From contig NW_021826665.1 of assembly GCF_006345805.1 (NCBI RefSeq), positions 1-12,039 on the forward strand: a stretch of 12,039 nt of DNA, written 5' to 3'. A program made the position numbers and the translations under genes. This DNA is from Octopus sinensis (lineage: Eukaryota). Below are positions 7,433 through 12,039 of the stretch, piece after piece. The notes beneath the pieces were generated by a model. The model was given only the letters and a program-made list of their open reading frames with translations, made no database searches and had not been told where the DNA came from. Each line of letters begins with the position of its first letter. Position 1 is the stretch's first letter.

Positions 7433-7820
7433 GGAAGCACTCCGTCGGTTCCGACGACGAGGGTTCCGGTTGATCCGAATCAACGGAACAGCCTGCTCGT
7501 GAAATTAACGTGTAACTGGCTGAGCACTCCACAGACACGTACACCCTTAACGTAGTTCTAGGGGGATATTCAGCGTGACACAGAGAGTGACAAGGCCGCC
7601 GGCCCTTTGAAATACAGGTACAACAGAAACAGGAAGTAAGAGTGAGAGAAAGTTGTGGTAAAAGAGTACAGCAGGGATCGCCACCATCCCCTGCCGGAGC
7701 CTCGTGGAGCTTTAGGTGTTGTCGCTCAATAAACACTCACAACGCCCGGTCTGGGAATCGAAACCGCGATCCTATGACCGCGAGTCCGCTGCCCTAACCA
7801 CTGGGCCATTGCGCCTCCAC
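7433..7820 (-). mobile_element. Full-length tRNA-derived SINE (388 bp) with a 12-bp TSD
   Basis: The TSD ATGCTCATATAT is at 7421-7432 and 7821-7832. A and B boxes lie at the right end. It is near-identical to 4112-4493. Confidence 0.95.
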
Positions 7821-7960
7821 ATGCTCATATATACTTAAATGATAAACTCCTGGTAAGTTTTACACATTTTTTTCAGTTCCAGTGATGGCTTGGAACCGTA
7901 GTCTTCGAATAAGCTTTCCCCTTTCGGGTTTTGAGAATCCCAATTTCTCAAGATTGGTAA

Positions 7961-7965
7961 TTGTG

Positions 7966-8000
<35 letters not shown>

Positions 8001-8438
8001 GTCTATGTGTGTGTATATGTGTGTATGTGTGTGTGTGTAGTGTGTGTGTATGTGTGTATATGTGTGTATGTATGTGTGTATGTGTGTGTGTATGTGTGTG
8101 TATGTGTGTGTATGTGTGTGTGTATGTGTGTGTGTATGTGTGTGTGTATGTGTGTGTGTATGTGTGTGTATGTGTGTGTGTGTATGTGTGTGTATGTGTG
8201 TGTATGTGTGTATGTGTATGTATGTGTGTGTGTCTGTGTGTGTATGTGTGTGTATGTGTGTGTATGTGTGTGTGTATGTGTGTATGTATGTGTGTGTGTA
8301 TGTGTGTGTATGTGTGTGTATACATGTGTGTGTATGTGTGTATGTGTGTATGTGTGTATGTGTGTGTATGTGTGTGTGTATATGTGCGTCTGTGTGTGTG
8401 TATGTGTGTGTATGTGTGTCTGTGTGTGTGTGTGTCTT
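7961..8438. repeat. About 480-bp (TG)n/(TGTA) microsatellite
   Basis: Directly visible. It explains the CV/HT pseudo-ORFs. Confidence 0.97.
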
Positions 8439-8620
8439 TGTGTTTGTCCAACCTAACGCCGCATGACAACCGATGTTGGTTTGTTTACGTCCCAGTAACA
8501 TTAACAGTTCGGCAAAAGAGACCGATAGAATAAACACGAGACTGAACAAGAGAAATAAGTACTGGGGGAGGGGCGGTTCCCCGGCATGAACGGAAAACAA
8601 TGACTGAAACAAGTAAAAGA
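8439..8620 (+). mobile_element. 3' half (tail) of an Octopus-type SINE
   Basis: TGTGTTTGTCC...GACAACCGATGTTGGTTTGTTTACGTCC...TTCGGCAAAAGAGACCGATAGAATAA...TGACTGAAACAAGTAAAAGA, homologous to 1-180 (minus). Confidence 0.75.
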
Positions 8621-8725
8621 AAATATTGGAGAATTTACTGGAGGGTCATGGTGAGAATTTCTTTGGACACAGATCTCTTCGATCAGCGTTGATAATAACA
8701 ACAAGAGTAATATCCTCTCTGTTAT

Positions 8726-9886
8726 GAGCACAAGGCCTGAAATTTTGCTAAGTGGGGGCTCCTCAATTCCATCGACCCCAGTGCTCAACTGGTACTTATT
8801 CGATCGGCCCCGAATGGATGAAAGGAAAAGTCAACCTCGGTGGAATTTGAACTCAGAACGTAAAGACAGATGAATTGCCGCCATGCGTTTTGTCCTTCAG
8901 TTCGCTGAATTGTTTCAAATTTTGGCACAAGGACAGCAATTTTGGGGAGAGATAAGTCGATTCCGTCGCCCCCCACCCCACCCCAGTACTCAACTGGTAA
9001 ATGTTTTATCGACCCTGAAAGGACGAAATGCAAAGATGACCTTAGTGGGATTTGAACTCCAGGTGTACAGAGGGGCGAAACGTTGCTTAGCATTTCGTCC
9101 GTTGTGCTAACGATTCCACCAGCTCGCCCTCTTAACAATAGTAACATCGACCCTTTTGCAGAGTATCTCATGGGCCCCTTGACCAGCTGATAAATCCCCT
9201 CAAAATACACACTACTTTAAATTAAGGCCACGTTGTAAGAATAGTCCCTATCTAGAAAAAAATACAGGAGTGGCACAATTTGAATTGTTTCGAACACGCG
9301 ATTTGAAATTACCAAAAAAGAATTCTTTCTACTATTGGCACAAGATCTGAAATTTGGCGGGATGTTGGGACAGTCGACTACATCGATCTCAGAGCTCACC
9401 CTTACCTCGTTTTATCGACCCTGAAAGGATGAAAGGCAAACTACATCGGCGGAATCTGAACGATGAACCTAAAGCCGGAAGCAATACCGTGAATCATATT
9501 GTCCGGCTTGTTAACGATTCTGTCAACTCGCTGCCCTCTAACCGAAAATAATTCTTTCTACTAAAGGCACAAGGACTGAAATTTGGGTTGGAGAAGGGGC
9601 CAGTCGATTATATCGACCCCAGCACACAACTGGTACCTAATTTATCGACCCCGAAAGGATGAAAGGCAAAGTCGACCTCGGTGGAATTTGAACTCAGAAC
9701 GTCGCGACAGACGAAATACCTATTTCTTTACTACCCACAAGGGGCTAAACACAGAGAGGACAAACAAGGACAGACAAACGGATTAAGTCGATTATATCGA
9801 CCCCAGTGCGTAACTGGTACTTATTTAATCGACCCCGAAAGGATGAAAGGCAACGTAGCGACAGACGAAATACCTATTTCTTTACT
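8726..9886 (-). mobile_element. Co-oriented array of five SINE-related units (about 8726-8900, 8910-9133, 9321-9538, 9547-9720, 9721-9874) plus the first 12 bp of a sixth
   Basis: Each unit carries the shared core (plus strand) TCGACCCC..AACTGGTAC..ATCGACCCCGAAAGGATGAAAGG or a diverged version of it. The minus-strand B box GAGTTCAAATTCC is at 8854-8842 and 9695-9683. Units 2 and 3 keep a tRNA-like 5' end (..GCGAGYTG...AATCGTTA). Confidence 0.8.
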
Positions 9887-10007
9887 GGAGCAACGTGAAA
9901 TTAAGTGTTTTGCTCAAGAACACAACGCGTCGCCCGGTCCAGGAATCGAAACCACAATCTTACAATCATGATGCTGACACCCTAACCACTAAGCCACGCG
10001 CCTCCAC
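9884..10007 (-). mobile_element. tRNA-derived SINE head plus CORE-like segment, 3'-truncated
   Basis: The minus strand reads GTGGAGGCGCGTGGCTTAGTGGTTAGGG...GGTTTCGATTCCTGGACCGGGC...TTGAGCAAAACACTTAA. It is related to the heads ending at 3720, 4493 and 7820. Confidence 0.8.
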
Positions 10008-10049
10008 GCACAAGCATTTACCTAGAACAAAAATGTTACGTCCATACAT

Positions 10050-10051
10050 CT

Positions 10052-10096
<45 letters not shown>

Positions 10097-10145
10097 CGCA
10101 TTTACATAAATACAGATATGCATACACACACACACATATACATAT
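10050..10145. repeat. (CA)/(TA) microsatellite
   Basis: Directly visible. Confidence 0.85.
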
Positions 10146-10552
10146 GCACATTCCCAAACATACACATTCACAAATCTACTTACACATGCAGACACGCACA
10201 CTTGTTCACAGTTATCCAGCAACCGCGATAAGACGAGGTATAACAAAGCGTTATGATTGGTCCGCCTGAACTCTGCTGAAGCAGCAATTAAGATTGCCAG
10301 GGAGAGAAGAATGCAGATTTTACCCCGGTGAACCGTGAATGCATAAGTGGAAAATAATAGCATTTCATCTGAAGAAAATTACTATTGTAATAGAGGAAAG
10401 AATTCACAGTCTGTTGGACGTTTGAATTAGGAATTTCTGTTCAGAGATAGAACTATATGCATTTAATTACAGATACAACTATTTTCGGAATCTAGCACTT
10501 GGTTGAATTTAAATATTGTGTCAAATATTGCAGCTGTGTAAATATAAGGCAT

Positions 10553-10566
10553 TGTATATATATATA

Positions 10567-10604
<38 letters not shown>

Positions 10605-10709
10605 TAATATTATATATATATATATATACATATATGCACACACATATATATATATACATACATACATACATACATACATACATACATACATACATAATAC
10701 ATACAGCAT

Positions 10710-10760
<51 letters not shown>

Positions 10761-10790
10761 ATATATTATATATATATTATATATATATTA
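10553..10790. repeat. (TA)n/(CATA)n microsatellite
   Basis: Directly visible. It explains the YI pseudo-ORFs. Confidence 0.95.
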
Positions 10791-10995
10791 TGTGAAATAG
10801 AAAGATGAATAATCTTGTAGTAGATTAATCAAAAGTTAACCGATACCTTGGTAGCAAAAATCACAGCAGTAAACAGCACGGTTGGAGGTACAACCATATG
10901 GTGTTGCAACCGTGCGTTGGTGCGGATAATTGAAATAAAATATTATTGGTGAATTGAAGAAATGGAGCTGAACGCAGATTGAACAGAAATCGTTT

Positions 10996-11088
10996 TATTT
11001 CATTCTACACGTGTTTCGAAAGGCACAATTTACCAAAATCCGATTGAATAATGGGACCATATTGTGTCTTTTTCTTCAGGAAGAAATA
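10996..11088 (-). ncRNA. Type I hammerhead ribozyme with a canonical core
   Basis: Minus strand: stem I UAUUUC-UUC / GAA(U)GAAAUA (9 bp, 1 bulge). Core CUGAAGA at 11079-11073. Stem II has 12 positions with 10 paired and a 31-nt loop. GAA at 11017-11015. Helix III is the palindrome ACACGUGU (11014-11007). The triplet is GUA, with predicted cleavage between 11006 and 11005. Confidence 0.85.
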
Positions 11089-11664
11089 GGAAATCCGTTG
11101 GAGAAAACAAAAACAGAACAGAGGCGGAGCAAAACAAATCGAACTAGGCTTCTAAGAGCCCATGGCAAAACTGTTTATCAGTGTATGTGAGAACCGGTGG
11201 CTGAAGAATTTAACGGGTCAGGCATCGGTCAATCATGTGGGTGAGGGTGTGTAGATGTTCTTTGTGACCGAGAATAAAGTTCTGACTATTTAAGGAATAT
11301 TGGATGTTTTATAAGGGGCGAGAAAAAATCTACTTAGAGACGTGTGTGTGTATACTGTTCTATATGTGTGTGCTGGCGTTGGGGTAGAAAACATTTTTTG
11401 TGTACGTGTGTGCGTTTGATCGTTCGGCTGTCAGTGGCTACTGCAGTAAGAACCGTTGGGTGGCAGAAAAAAAATATATATATTATGTTTTATGTGTGTG
11501 TGTGTTCATCTAAGCCTGCCTTGGCAGGTAACCCCCCGTTGTGAAAAAACCAAGCCCCGTTTATCTTACAGGAGTAATTCGCCTTGCAGTGGTTAATCGT
11601 AAATATCTTAAAGGCTATTTCAGAATTTGTTACCAAGGGCTATGGGTGCCGGTTATTATAAACG

Positions 11665-12039
11665 CTATTTAAAAGCCAGATAAGTGTAACGCCGCCAATG
11701 GGGGCATCGAAAAGCCGACTGTAAAAGCCCGTTTACCATCCGGCCTCTGGCAAACAAAATATGGAAGAGTTCGGAGACACAAAGGTTGCACTGCCTTCTG
11801 CCCCTATCAAATGGGAGGGCCACCGACAAAATTGACCATTCCAGCCTGTAGCTTAAGTTCGTATCCTTCAGTCGCCATATTAGCTTGCTGAGTCCCGTGG
11901 TCTGGCGCTTGTTCATGTCCCGAAAAGTTGCGTAATGGTGGAGACTCGCAAAGACAATCTTGAGGATGAGGCCCCTACATAAGTGAAGACATCTGAGTCC
12001 GTGTAAACCTTGCATTGGTAGACGGCGTTTTTGATCTTG
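11665..12039 (-). pseudogene. PLE GIY-YIG endonuclease C-terminal region, with one frameshift
   Basis: One frame gives KIKNAVYQCKVYTDSDVFTYVGASSSRLSLRVS (GIY-YIG as AVY...YVG at 12026-11973, plus the conserved R). After a 1-nt shift the annotated ORF continues HYATFRD...TTGLSKLIW...WSIL...CNLCVSE...CPH*, the C-terminal pattern of PLE endonucleases. Confidence 0.85.

Larger units (their letters stand above)
10791..12039 (-). mobile_element. 3' end of a Penelope-like retroelement (GIY-YIG remnant, 3' UTR, hammerhead-bearing terminal repeat), running off the window
   Basis: A GIY-YIG remnant (12039-11665) and a hammerhead (11088-10996) lie on the same strand. AATAAA overlaps the end of stem I. 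The element appears to end at a (TA)n run; the exact left boundary is inferred. Confidence 0.7.

Noticed and set aside
6266-8612. Long MYVC/HTYI/CV/HT ORFs (140-297 aa)
   Set aside because: They are stop-free translations of the (TATG)n and (TG)n repeats.
8726-9886. Repeat-spacer appearance suggestive of a CRISPR array
   Set aside because: The units are 150-220 bp, diverged and SINE-like, in a eukaryotic context with no cas genes.
10205-10345. Non-repetitive, relatively GC-rich stretch with protein-like peptide pieces (LVRLNSAEAAIKIARE)
   Set aside because: All plus-strand frames contain stops, there is no recognisable domain, and splice signals are weak.
10369-10412. CTGAAGA-hairpin-GAAAGAATTC hammerhead-like motif
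   Set aside because: The hairpin is not adjacent to GAAA, there is no A15.1-U16.1 pair, and there is no stem I.

Overview
Repeat-saturated, AT-rich eukaryotic non-coding DNA with no credible intact host gene. The SINE families and microsatellite density are what I recognise from Octopus genomes; that assignment is an inference. Contents: (i) a full-length but mutated DD36E (Incomer-type) Tc1/mariner transposon, 341-1551; (ii) a 414-bp MITE with an 8-bp TSD and telomere-like G-tracts; (iii) many tRNA-derived SINE copies, including two recent insertions with 11-12-bp TSDs and a head-to-tail array at 8726-10007; (iv) long microsatellites, which explain almost all ORFs in the supplied track; (v) Penelope-like retroelement (PLE) debris, namely an RT fragment (about 4700-4960, minus) and a frameshifted GIY-YIG endonuclease end with its 3' region (about 10790-12039, minus). 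The most interesting signal is a set of hammerhead-ribozyme motifs, each with a palindromic helix III of the dimer-cleaving PLE type. One is canonical and lies downstream of the GIY-YIG ORF. One is minimal with a U4C change. One is a compensatory G3-C8 core variant (GUGAACA instead of CUGANGA), sitting in a 487-bp near-perfect palindrome whose mirror arm carries a broken copy.
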